From positions 416,001 through 480,000 of the forward strand of contig CAVZJV010000014.1 in assembly GCA_963775685.1 (NCBI GenBank): a DNA stretch of 64,000 nt, read 5' to 3'. This stretch comes from Candidatus Bathyarchaeota archaeon. GTDB taxonomy: Archaea > Thermoproteota > Bathyarchaeia > Bathyarchaeales > Bathycorpusculaceae. Below, one piece after another: positions 44,574-54,041 of the stretch (position 1 is its first letter; every line of letters starts with the position of its first letter). Both the position numbers and the translations under genes were made by a program. Below the pieces are notes generated by a model. The model was not told the DNA's origin, ran no database searches, and was given only the letters and a program-made list of their open reading frames with translations.

Positions 44574-45989
44574 ATGAGCAAAAAACAATCTAAGAAGTTT
44601 AATGTGTTTGTGAATGAAAGCCAGCTTTCCGGGCAAATGCTCCGCGAAGAGCCTGCTCAATGGATTCTTTCGCCGTTTGTCCATCTATTCAATATTGATG
44701 AATCGACGAAGTGTCTTTTCAATTCTTTAACTCTAAAGAAAGTATATTTAACCAACAAAAAGTACGAAAAGGTTTTATCAGATCTGAGTAAAGGCGAGCG
44801 CAGTAATGACGTTAAAGAATTAATTGAATTAAAATTTGTGGTGCCTCAGGGGTTTGATTCGGAAAAAGTGTTTGATGCTGTTGCATGTAGCTTGCTTAGA
44901 AAAAAAACACAAACTAATCTTGCCTACATTTTGGTGACTGACTTCTGCAATTTCAGATGCGGCTATTGCTTTATCGAAAATAATCTAAAAGGACCAAGCA
45001 TTTCAATGTCCAAGGATTTAGCAAACAAAGTCATAAACATTCTAATCAACGAAGCAAAACAGGTCCCAGAATTAAGGGTCACATTTTATGGGGGAGAGCC
45101 GTTTAGCAATAGCGAAATTGTTTTCTACATTATTGAGAAGCTTGAAGAAGCATCTAAGAAATTCTTGTTTTCCTGCGTAACAAATGGAAGCCTAATAACC
45201 GAAGATATAGCTAAAAAACTCAAACAACACAACGTTTCCGTAGGATTATCACTAGACGGATGGGCCAACATTGACAAAAACCGCGTTTTCACAGATGGAA
45301 AAGAAACCTTTTACCAAGCTCTCAAAGCCTTAGCTATTCTGAAAGAAGCAGGCGTAAACACAGGAATATCATGCACAATCACAAAACAAAACTATATGCA
45401 CGCAGAAGAAATAGTAGAATTTATCCAGAAACTGGGAGTTAGAACCATAGGCTTCAACTTGTTGACCAGACTTAAAGAGGCAAGCAAATTTGAGGTGCCT
45501 GATCCAAAACAACTCGCTCATCATCTTTTTGGAGCTTACTTAAAAGCAAAAGAATTGCACATGTTTGAAGATCGTATAGATAATCGGCGAGCAAGTTATT
45601 TTTTCAAAGAAATACTTCATTTGTACGATTGCCCAGCGTTCGGTCAACTATTATTTTTTTCGCCATCTGGAACAGTAGGACCTTGCCATGCGTTCTATCC
45701 GTCGGGGAAATATCAAATTCCAATTAAAGAGAATTTGAAAATTCAAGAAGAACCATTATTTCATAAATGGCTGGAAATAGGCACGCTAAAAAATAAAGAC
45801 TGCATGCGATGTGCTGCGATTGGAATTTGCGGCGGGGGCTGTGCTTACGATATCTATGTTAAGACTGGGCAACTTGGCATAAAAGAAGACTACTTCTGTA
45901 CTTTTCAAAATGAAATACTAAAGCTGCTAATTTCATACAATTTCCTGCTGCAATCTCAAAAAAACCAAATTGCTAAAACCAAAAGTTGA
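44574..45989 (+). CDS. radical SAM/SPASM peptide maturase
   Basis: CNFRCGYC, FYGGEP, VTNGSL, SLDG; SPASM CPAFG...GPC...CMRCAAIGICGGGC...FC; ~110-aa N-terminal extension (candidate RRE). Confidence 0.9.
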   Translation: MSKKQSKKFNVFVNESQLSGQMLREEPAQWILSPFVHLFNIDESTKCLFNSLTLKKVYLTNKKYEKVLSDLSKGERSNDVKELIELKFVVPQGFDSEKVFDAVACSLLRKKTQTNLAYILVTDFCNFRCGYCFIENNLKGPSISMSKDLANKVINILINEAKQVPELRVTFYGGEPFSNSEIVFYIIEKLEEASKKFLFSCVTNGSLITEDIAKKLKQHNVSVGLSLDGWANIDKNRVFTDGKETFYQALKALAILKEAGVNTGISCTITKQNYMHAEEIVEFIQKLGVRTIGFNLLTRLKEASKFEVPDPKQLAHHLFGAYLKAKELHMFEDRIDNRRASYFFKEILHLYDCPAFGQLLFFSPSGTVGPCHAFYPSGKYQIPIKENLKIQEEPLFHKWLEIGTLKNKDCMRCAAIGICGGGCAYDIYVKTGQLGIKEDYFCTFQNEILKLLISYNFLLQSQKNQIAKTKS

Positions 45990-46077
45990 AGAATTTTTCT
46001 CCAATAATCCAGCCCCAGCTTTACTTCACAATAAACATTAAATAAAACGACTTAATAGATCAATGTAGTGATTGTTT

Positions 46078-46494
46078 TTGTCAAAAAATAAACGCATACC
46101 TAACTCTTCCTTAAAAAAATCAGCGACTGTCCCATCGGAAAAAAAATTGACGCCAGCACAAAAGAAACGTTTACGGATAACTTTGGCGAAAATGCCGACC
46201 ATTGAAAAACTGGATCCTAAAATGTATGCAAAACTGCAATCAACAATACGTGATGCTGTAGCAAAAACTTTACCGGAATATCAGCAATGGGTAAATTCTT
46301 CATTAATAGCAGCCGACGACTGCCCGGTAGAACTCTGTAGTTCATGCGGCAACGACTGCCCGGTAGAACTCTGTAGTTCATGCGGCAACGACTGCCCCAC
46401 GCCAACTAAAAACATTGATGACATTGTCGTAAAAGCTGTCAACGAAGCTATGATGGGAGCAATTCGCCAGGCTATGAAAAAGCAGTTCAAATAA
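46078..46494 (+). CDS. RiPP-precursor-like protein 1 with internal 7-Cys repeated core
   Basis: basic N-terminus, helical leader, core DDCPVELCSSCGNDCPVELCSSCGNDCPTP, helical follower; lies between two radical SAM genes. Confidence 0.8.
   Translation: MSKNKRIPNSSLKKSATVPSEKKLTPAQKKRLRITLAKMPTIEKLDPKMYAKLQSTIRDAVAKTLPEYQQWVNSSLIAADDCPVELCSSCGNDCPVELCSSCGNDCPTPTKNIDDIVVKAVNEAMMGAIRQAMKKQFK
46316..46397 (+). repeat. 36-bp in-frame tandem repeat (2 perfect copies plus partial) encoding DCPVELCSSCGN
   Basis: acgactgcccggtagaactctgtagttcatgcggca at 46316 and 46352, then acgactgccc. Confidence 0.95.
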
Positions 46495-46611
46495 GAAGCT
46501 GCTTTGGGTTCAGAAACCGAACGCCATCAACTGAAAAACAGTTCGCTTATTTACACCATAAAGGTAGTAGTTACCATAAAACCAATGCCTAAGAAGGTTA
46601 GATGATTTAAA

Positions 46612-48201
46612 TTGCCTGTTTTTCTTTGCATTCCGCCAGTTTCTTCTTTAATTCCATATCCAGCAATTCCATACTTAACAAGCAGCCTGAGAGCAAATAA
46701 CCAAAAGGTAAACATATTTGATCTGAACATAAAGGCTTTCAACCTAACTCTTTTCTATCAGAGAATAGATATTAAACCCAGAGAAATTCTAAGGATAAGT
46801 AACAACACGAAAAAGGCAAAATCGAAAAGAGTTCCTAAGGCAGAGATTTACTCGACCATGCGAGAAAGCCAAACAATTTTTGAAGAAATAATGTTACAAG
46901 AGGCTTATGATAAATTAGGCTATAATGTCTCAGACTTGATGTTCAAAGATATTATCAGCGAAGAATCAAAGCAGGCAACGTTGTCGGATGTCTGGAAAAT
47001 TTGTAATGCTTGGTTTCTAGAAGTTGCCCACGATTCCAAACGGCAAAATATAGTGGGATTTCATGTAATAAGTCGTACTGGTTTGATGTGGAGCATCCTT
47101 CTGGCACGTAAATTAAAGAAAATTCAGCCCAGAATTTTGACAGCTTTGGGCGGTCCAGCATTCCTCTCAGTGCAAGAAGTTCTGTCCGTCAATTCAGAAA
47201 TTGACGTAATAGTTCGAGGGGAGGGCGAGGTCACGATTTCTGAGATAGCTAATTCTTATGACGGTAGTTTGGAATCAATAAAGGGAATCGATGGAATTTC
47301 CTACAGAACTGAAAAAAACGGAATTGTTTCCAATGCTGATCGACAATTGATGAAGTCTCTTGATGCTTTGCCTTTTCCCAATTACGATGATTTACCATTA
47401 CATGAATATCCTCAGAATAAGTTTGGGATGCCTGTAATGCCGGTTGTCGGCTCTAGAGGCTGTATTGGAGACTGTGTTTTTTGTGTTGAAAAACGTTTAT
47501 GGGGAAACACGTATCGGATGCGGTCACCAGAAAACATCGTATCGGAAATCAAGAATATTAAAGAAAAACATGGAACTTCCATCATTCGATTCAATGACAG
47601 CTTGATTAATTGTAATATCAAATCGCTAGAAAAACTCTGCGATTTATTGATTGAAGAGAAGGTTGGAATGCAGTGGTCGAGCAACTCCAGAATTCGTCCT
47701 GAAATGAACAACAAACTGCTTAGGAAAATGCGACAAGCGGGTTGTATGGGCTTGTGGTTTGGCATAGAATCTGGGTCCCAGAGAATTCTGCGCAAAATGA
47801 AAAAAGGGATTGATTTGGAAACTGCTAAAAACGTGCTCCGCGATACTGCAAAAAATGGCATCCGAGTTCAGATATTTATGATAGTAGATTTTCCAGGAGA
47901 AACTCAGAGAGATTTTAACGAGTCTGTTGCTTTCTTAGAGCAAAACCACCAATTTATTGACCAAGTCAGCGTTTCACGTTTTGGAGTCTTGCCTGATTCA
48001 GAAGTTTCTCATAACCCCCAAAAATATGGAATTGAGCTGATCAAAGGAAAAACAGGGGCCACTTACAGTTATTTGTATTCGCCCTTGCCCAATAGCTACC
48101 GATTTGAAAATCTACGTTCGGTTTGGAACCGCTTAAGCATGGAAAAAACATCAGGCTCAAAAAGAAATTATCTTCCAAAAATAATTGTTCCATATTACTA
48201 A
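46612..48201 (+). CDS. cobalamin-binding (class B-like) radical SAM protein
   Basis: B12-domain LGGPAF, VIVRGEGE; GSRGCIGDCVFC; RMRSPENIVSEI; GIESGSQRILRKMKKG. Confidence 0.9.
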   Translation: MPVFLCIPPVSSLIPYPAIPYLTSSLRANNQKVNIFDLNIKAFNLTLFYQRIDIKPREILRISNNTKKAKSKRVPKAEIYSTMRESQTIFEEIMLQEAYDKLGYNVSDLMFKDIISEESKQATLSDVWKICNAWFLEVAHDSKRQNIVGFHVISRTGLMWSILLARKLKKIQPRILTALGGPAFLSVQEVLSVNSEIDVIVRGEGEVTISEIANSYDGSLESIKGIDGISYRTEKNGIVSNADRQLMKSLDALPFPNYDDLPLHEYPQNKFGMPVMPVVGSRGCIGDCVFCVEKRLWGNTYRMRSPENIVSEIKNIKEKHGTSIIRFNDSLINCNIKSLEKLCDLLIEEKVGMQWSSNSRIRPEMNNKLLRKMRQAGCMGLWFGIESGSQRILRKMKKGIDLETAKNVLRDTAKNGIRVQIFMIVDFPGETQRDFNESVAFLEQNHQFIDQVSVSRFGVLPDSEVSHNPQKYGIELIKGKTGATYSYLYSPLPNSYRFENLRSVWNRLSMEKTSGSKRNYLPKIIVPYY

Positions 48202-48254
48202 GAGTTTACTTTCACGAAAACGTCTCCTAGCTTAGTCTTAATGTTAATCACCAA

Positions 48255-48300
48255 CCATAATTATTATCTTGAGAGAGCATAAAGAGAGCAGTGATTGTTT
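48255..48300 (+). promoter_or_regulatory. duplicated upstream element (putative promoter/RBS), also at 48832-48878
   Basis: accataattattatcttgagagagcataaagagagcagtgattgttt vs accataaatattatcttgggagatcataaatagagcagcgattattt. Confidence 0.45.
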
Positions 48301-48695
48301 TTGTCAAAAAATAAATCTGCACCTATCTATTCCACAAAAAACCTGACTCCAGCACAAAAGAAACGTTTAGAGAAAACTTTGGTAAAAATGCCAACTATTG
48401 AAAAACTGGATCCTGCAGTTTATGCAAAGCTGCACTCATCGATACGTGATGCCGTGGCGAAAACTTGCCGAAATATGAGAAGTGGGTAAATTCTTCATTG
48501 GTAGCAGCCGATGATTGCCCCCCGCCAACACCTGTATGTAGTTCTTGTAGCAACGATTGCCCCACGCAGCTTTGTAGTTCATGCGGTAACGAATGCCCAA
48601 CTCCAAATAGAAAACTGGACGATATGGTTGTTAATGCTGTCAACGAAGCTATGATGGGCGCAATTCGTCAAGCTTTGAAAGAGCAGTTCAAATAA
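48301..48695 (+). CDS. RiPP-precursor-like protein 2 (1-nt deletion at ~48465)
   Basis: paralog of 46078-46494; core DDCPPPTPVCSSCSNDCPTQLCSSCGNECPTP; aaaacttgccg lacks one T relative to KTLP. Confidence 0.78.
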
Positions 48696-48878
48696 GAAGC
48701 AGCTTTACGGTCAGAAACCGACCGCCATCAACTGAAAAACAGCTCTCGCCCATTTACACAACAAAGGTGTAGTGGCCACTATTTTTCTTTGCATTCCGCC
48801 AGTTTCTTCTTCAGTTCCATATCCTGCAAAAACCATAAATATTATCTTGGGAGATCATAAATAGAGCAGCGATTATTT

Positions 48879-49982
48879 TTGCCAAAAAATAAACCAGCAA
48901 CCAAACCCCTCTCTAAAAGACCTACAAAAGCCAAAAAACAAAATCAACGCCTAAACGCACCTTCGGAAAAACTTCCATATTTTGAAAAGTTAGATCCAGA
49001 AATTTATGCAAAACTGCAATCAACTGTCCGTGAAGTCATTGAAAAAACGTTGCCCGAGTACAAAGAATGGCTAAATTCCGCATTTGGCGAAAAAATCATA
49101 GGTAACGATTCTTCAAATGGTTCCCTGCAAAACATCGACAAGTTAGTGGTTTCGGCTGTTAACAATTTAATGGCAACTGCATTGGGTAAAGCTTTGAAGG
49201 AATGTGATGAGCAGCAAGGGACTATGGAAAAATGGTTTAAAATGAAATTTTATGATGACGTTTCTGACATTAGACCTGAAAGCAGAGCATATTACAAATA
49301 TTGTGTAGAAAAGTTCGTTACCGAATTTTTTACCGGACAAAAAATATTTGAAAAGAAAATCCTCGATTTTGGTTGTGGACCGGGATACTTTTCCAAGATT
49401 TTAGCCCAACGCGGAGCACTTATAACTGGAATTGACAGAAGTTTATTTCTGATTTCGAAAGCAAATGAACTTAAGCAAAGACTATGGCTTGAAAATGTAG
49501 AGTTTTTGCATGGGGATTTTCTTGATTTTGCAAAAAATATGCCCTCGGAAAAGTTTGACTATATTGTCGCGATAGATACGATTGTGAGTTTTGACTATTG
49601 CAGACAAACGCATAATCATAAGGATTTCACTCAGGCTTTAAGCGAAATTAGAAGAGTTATGAAAGACGAGGGTCGATTTTTTATTATTGAAGCGCATCCG
49701 TTTTTTGGTCAACTTGCGAAAGGCATAACTTCCTCAAGCAAAGGACGCTTTCATGGACGTTTACCTAATTACAAAATAGAGTACAATGCTAAAGACAATC
49801 CGCACCATTGGTTTACCCTTGATGAAATGACCCGTGCTCTTAGCGAGAATGGCTTGGCTATTTGTAGGATTTATGAGCCTGATCCAAGTGTTGAATTGGA
49901 AAAAGAAAACCCTCACTTATACAAATTTTATCTGAAGTATCCACATTTAATTGTGTATGAAATATGCAAAGCGAGAACCTAA
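48879..49982 (+). CDS. class I SAM-dependent methyltransferase with N-terminal precursor-scaffold domain
   Basis: ILDFGCGPG motif I, ITGID, FDYIVA, MKDEGRF; first ~110 aa align with the precursor leader and follower. Confidence 0.88.
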   Translation: MPKNKPATKPLSKRPTKAKKQNQRLNAPSEKLPYFEKLDPEIYAKLQSTVREVIEKTLPEYKEWLNSAFGEKIIGNDSSNGSLQNIDKLVVSAVNNLMATALGKALKECDEQQGTMEKWFKMKFYDDVSDIRPESRAYYKYCVEKFVTEFFTGQKIFEKKILDFGCGPGYFSKILAQRGALITGIDRSLFLISKANELKQRLWLENVEFLHGDFLDFAKNMPSEKFDYIVAIDTIVSFDYCRQTHNHKDFTQALSEIRRVMKDEGRFFIIEAHPFFGQLAKGITSSSKGRFHGRLPNYKIEYNAKDNPHHWFTLDEMTRALSENGLAICRIYEPDPSVELEKENPHLYKFYLKYPHLIVYEICKART

Positions 49983-50054
49983 ATCGATTTTCTATTGCAC
50001 TAACTTTTGTAGGAGTTCTTTGCTGTCTAATTACCGAATTTCCTTAAAGTTGAC

Positions 50055-50460
50055 ACTAAATCTCCTGTAGAATGAAGACTGCGTATCCCTCTGGGCGGCG
50101 CAAAAAATTCTCGCCAACCATCCATCTGCGTCCATTAGTCCTCTGAGGATTCCACATTGTTTTCATGGCTCCACCATGCAGCGGCTTTGAACGTCACGTT
50201 TTTCCACTTTGCTTCAACCCATTTTCCTGCCTAAGACTCGCCAAGACTGTTAAGGACGAAGATTAGGCCAGGTTGATTAGTTGTTCCGTTTCTTTGCATT
50301 ATATTATTTAAAGGCTGTCGTCGACATAGAGGGTTGTAGTTGTGCCTGCGGCGTTTTGTTCGTAGATTTTTACGAGTGAGGCAATTCCGTTTGGTCTGTC
50401 TTCTTTGGATAGTTGCAAGTTTAAGTAGTCTTGCTAGAAAACGCATGGGTAGCAGACATA
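50055..50460 (-). pseudogene. GH13 alpha-amylase C-terminal relic
   Basis: YPCVF*QDY...PNGIASLVKIYEQNAAGTTTTLYVDD...IMQRNG...PGLIFVLN...EFFAPPRGYAV with stops and shifts. Confidence 0.6.
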
Positions 50461-51111
50461 TGAATTCGGGATGCATAAAGTTTAAAAAAAAATAAATCCT
50501 TAGGCTGATTGGGCGGGTTCAGAGGGAACTGCTGGATGGTTTGCCATCTTCACGCACTTCCGCAAACTCTCGACCTACCCCCTTTTTTAAAGTCTTCCAA
50601 AATCTGGGGGTTATTGTAGGAAAGGCTTGCGGATTTTACCTTATCATCAAAACCTTTATCGATAGACCTTTCTCTATTTTTTGAAGGCGTTTAATAAAAT
50701 CTAATTCAAAATGAGTTTCTATGTCTACTGGAAGGATCCAAGGTAATTACCTATGCAGACAACTTCTTTGGATCCTAAATTGCAAAGGGAATTGAATCTC
50801 AACTTAATATTCATTCTGGAGGACCATTGGGTTCAAATCCCGCCCGATCCACCTTGCTTTGTGGATAATGTTGTAACGACGGTGTCAAGCTGGTCTCGGC
50901 ACCACCGATTAACAAAAAACAGTATAATTGATGTGGAGTGCATTAGCGTAGAGCGGGCTTAATTTAATTTATTTTGTCTACAAATAATTTTTCAGGTCCA
51001 GGCATTCCCAGAGAGCGTTTAAATCTTACAGCAAGATTCAAAAAGCCATAAAACTATTAAAAAGTTCCAACCCCCTTTTGGGCGCAGAATCATAGAGACC
51101 TGAACCGCATT

Positions 51112-52742
51112 CAGACTGTGTGAAAAGTCTCTTTCTATGCCTAGCTCCATTTACCGTTAAGCTTAAAGCTAGCTTCAGAACAACTGAAAAGCCATGAGTG
51201 AACATGTAAACGGAACCCACAGAGATCAAACAGTCCTTTTTCCCAACACCATCGACCAGTACGTAGACAAAGAAAACCCCGTCAGGTTCATCGACGCCTT
51301 CATCGACAGCCTAAACCTGGAAAAGCTTGGATTCAAACACTCCATTCCAGCGGAAACCGGAAGACCATCTTACAATCCCTCAGATTTACTCAAACTCTAT
51401 CTTTACGGATACCTCAACCAGGTGAGATCATGTCGCAAACTCGAGAAAGAATGCCACCGCAACGTCGAGGTCATGTGGCTCATGAAGAAACTTGCTCCCG
51501 ATTTCAAGACTATTGCTGACTTCAGAAAAAACAATGTGGACTGCATCAAAGGTGTATTCAAAGAATTTGTTTATCTCTGCAGGAACTTGGATCTTTATGG
51601 TGCTCAACTGATAGCGATTGATGGCACCAAATTCAAAGCCGTCAATTCCAAAAGCAATAATCTTAACGAGAAAACGGTCGCTTTGAAGCTCAAACAAACA
51701 GAAGAAAAGATAGCAGAGTACCTAAAAGAAATGGACCAAAACGATACGACCGATTCAGCAGAAGATGAAAATGTCAATGTCGATGAGCCCAACGAGAAAA
51801 TATGCAAACTTGAAGAAGAAAAGCAACGATACGAGCAGATTCAAGATCAAATGAAAGCAACAGGCCAGAAAGAAGTTTCACTTGTTGATCCAGATAGCCG
51901 TTTGATGCGGGTAGACAGTCAAAGGCTTGAAGTCTGCTACAACATTCAGACATCCGTGGATGCGAAGCAGCATTTAATCGTGGATTACGATGTTATCAAT
52001 AATTCAACTGACCATCACCAACTAGCGACGGACGCTAAGGCTGCAAAACAGGTACTTGGCGTTGATCAGCTCGAAGTTTTGAGTGACAAAGGCTTCTACG
52101 TTGCAAATGACCTCATTGAATGTGAAGAAGCTGGGATAACAGTGTTCATGCCGATTCCAGCTTTCAATCCGACTAAGAAGGTGGGTGTTCCAGAGCCTGA
52201 GTTTGGCTCTGAACGGTTTATCTTCAATGATCTGAAAGACGTTTACGTTTGCCCCGTTGGAAAGGAACTGGGATTTTGGAAGGGCAGTTTCAAGAGTAAA
52301 CCTGAAAATGGCAAGCGTTATAGAACAGTTTCTTGTGCTGATTGTAATTCTAGAAGTAGGTGCACTCGTAATAAGCGTGGCAGGATAATGGTGAGATGGG
52401 AGTATCAGGGTGCGGTTGATAGGCTCAGAGCACTGCTGATGAGTTCTGACGGAAAAGAGAAGGTGCGCTTGAGGAGGATTTTGGCAGAGCATCCTTTTGG
52501 AACCATGAAGCGGGCATTCAATCAGGATTATTTGCTCTTGAAGGGTCTTATAAAAGTCAAAGGAGAAGTAGGATTCACGATGCTAGCTTACAACATGAGA
52601 AGAGTCATCAATATTCTGGGAGTTGGTACGCTAATGGGTTTGATGAAGGCGTAAATAGAGAAAATAAGTGAACAATAATCCCAGACAAGAGCTTGAGTGC
52701 CAAATATTCTTAGGCTTTAACTGTAAGTTTTGACACAGTCTG
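51112..52742 (+). mobile_element. IS1182-family insertion sequence (copy B)
   Basis: TIRs CAGACTGTGTGAAAAGT / (rc) CAGACTGTGTCAAAACT; perfect 4-bp TSD catt at 51108-51111 and 52743-52746. Confidence 0.93.
51194..52654 (+). CDS. IS1182-family transposase
   Basis: 486 aa, close paralog of 37613-39073. Confidence 0.93.
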   Translation: MSEHVNGTHRDQTVLFPNTIDQYVDKENPVRFIDAFIDSLNLEKLGFKHSIPAETGRPSYNPSDLLKLYLYGYLNQVRSCRKLEKECHRNVEVMWLMKKLAPDFKTIADFRKNNVDCIKGVFKEFVYLCRNLDLYGAQLIAIDGTKFKAVNSKSNNLNEKTVALKLKQTEEKIAEYLKEMDQNDTTDSAEDENVNVDEPNEKICKLEEEKQRYEQIQDQMKATGQKEVSLVDPDSRLMRVDSQRLEVCYNIQTSVDAKQHLIVDYDVINNSTDHHQLATDAKAAKQVLGVDQLEVLSDKGFYVANDLIECEEAGITVFMPIPAFNPTKKVGVPEPEFGSERFIFNDLKDVYVCPVGKELGFWKGSFKSKPENGKRYRTVSCADCNSRSRCTRNKRGRIMVRWEYQGAVDRLRALLMSSDGKEKVRLRRILAEHPFGTMKRAFNQDYLLLKGLIKVKGEVGFTMLAYNMRRVINILGVGTLMGLMKA

Positions 52743-52851
52743 CATTCGGTTTAAAACCTAAAAATCTCCTTAGTTGGCGCTGCCATGGCTGACTATGCAT
52801 ATCGCCATTAGAATAAACATCAAACTTCTGATCCTATCTATCTTTGTCTCA

Positions 52852-53904
52852 TCAAGACATAGGACCGGAAGTATTCAGGTTCAGATACTTGGAAGCTAAT
52901 CGCCTCATTGTTTCAAAATGCAGACTAATAGCAACCTTGCCTTTATCGGTTATTTGTATGAAGGTGCGGGGTCCTCCTGCCGTTTTGAAGCCTTTACGTA
53001 CGGTTATGTAGCTAGCATCTGATAGAGCATTGACGCTGTAATTCAAAGAGCTTTTTGAAACTTGAACTACCATCAGGAGGTCTGTAAAAGTGATTTGTTC
53101 AACTCCCAAAAGAGCAAGCATAATTCCAACCCTCGTAAAACTGGATAAAACACCTCCTGAAGCAAATTCGGAAAGACTAACATCATCCTGTTTTCTTGAG
53201 GGTAAGGGGTCTGTGCTGAAGCTGTCCTTTGCGCTCAAGACTTGCACGAGCTCTTGTGGAGCTTCAAACGACGATTTGATGCCAGCCAATAGAAACACAA
53301 GAATTAGGGAAACCAAATAGGTCGTTGTATTTATTTCCTGGAAAAAAGAAAGCATCAGCAACGTTGCAGGAAAAACTGCGACCAGCCAATCTTCTATGCG
53401 CCAAGGAAGAACACTGTCCGCGGACTGTTTTGAAAAAACAAGAAAGTAATAGAATAGTACATAACCAACAAATGCAATCAGCACTACGGAGCCAAGAACT
53501 GCACTGCTCGTTACTTCAAATATTGCGGCAGCAACTAAAGGCAAAAGAACAAGAGCAGTTCTTGCACTCTCCAAAAGCCTATTTAATCTGTGCCTATGTT
53601 TTTCCTGTTTTTGTTCAAAAAGATCCATGACAAGCCGCATTTGATAGAAGCGGTTCATTCCTGCCAAACGAGAAAAAAACAAAATCCCCAAAACCAATAG
53701 ACCTACAGAAATTAGTATAGCATACAAGGGCGCGGATAAAGAAACTAAAACGCCCACAAGAATCGGCACCATCGAAAGCAGGGCATAATAAACTCCAATT
53801 CCTCGTCTGGCTCTAAACCTAAATATTGATAGTGCAATATTTTTCGGCTTCTGCTCTTCCTCTTCTAGTAACTTTGCAATGCTATTCCCACTCGCCTTAG
53901 TCAT
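52852..53904 (-). CDS. multi-TM membrane protein with C-terminal winged-helix (MarR/HTH_34-like) domain
   Basis: about six hydrophobic helices, then TRVGIMLALL...ITFTDL...SKSSLNYSVNALSDASYI...PRTFIQITDKG. Confidence 0.75.
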   Translation of the reverse strand: MTKASGNSIAKLLEEEEQKPKNIALSIFRFRARRGIGVYYALLSMVPILVGVLVSLSAPLYAILISVGLLVLGILFFSRLAGMNRFYQMRLVMDLFEQKQEKHRHRLNRLLESARTALVLLPLVAAAIFEVTSSAVLGSVVLIAFVGYVLFYYFLVFSKQSADSVLPWRIEDWLVAVFPATLLMLSFFQEINTTTYLVSLILVFLLAGIKSSFEAPQELVQVLSAKDSFSTDPLPSRKQDDVSLSEFASGGVLSSFTRVGIMLALLGVEQITFTDLLMVVQVSKSSLNYSVNALSDASYITVRKGFKTAGGPRTFIQITDKGKVAISLHFETMRRLASKYLNLNTSGPMS

Positions 53905-54041
53905 AACTTGTGGATAACCTTAGATTTCAAATTATCCAAGATACCTTTAAAGTAATGCTGTTCAAAAATTGAACAACTAGCCCCACTTAAATAAAACGCA
54001 CTTTTTCTAATATCAATACAGAACTTAAACCTAAATCGCGG

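Noticed and set aside
46316-46397. CRISPR-like 36-bp repeat
   Set aside because: No spacers; the repeat is in frame inside a coding sequence.
46217-46490. Antisense ORFs with repeated peptides (also 48395-48643)
   Set aside because: They are shadows of the precursor repeats; the plus-strand frame is the one conserved between paralogs and in the MT fusion.
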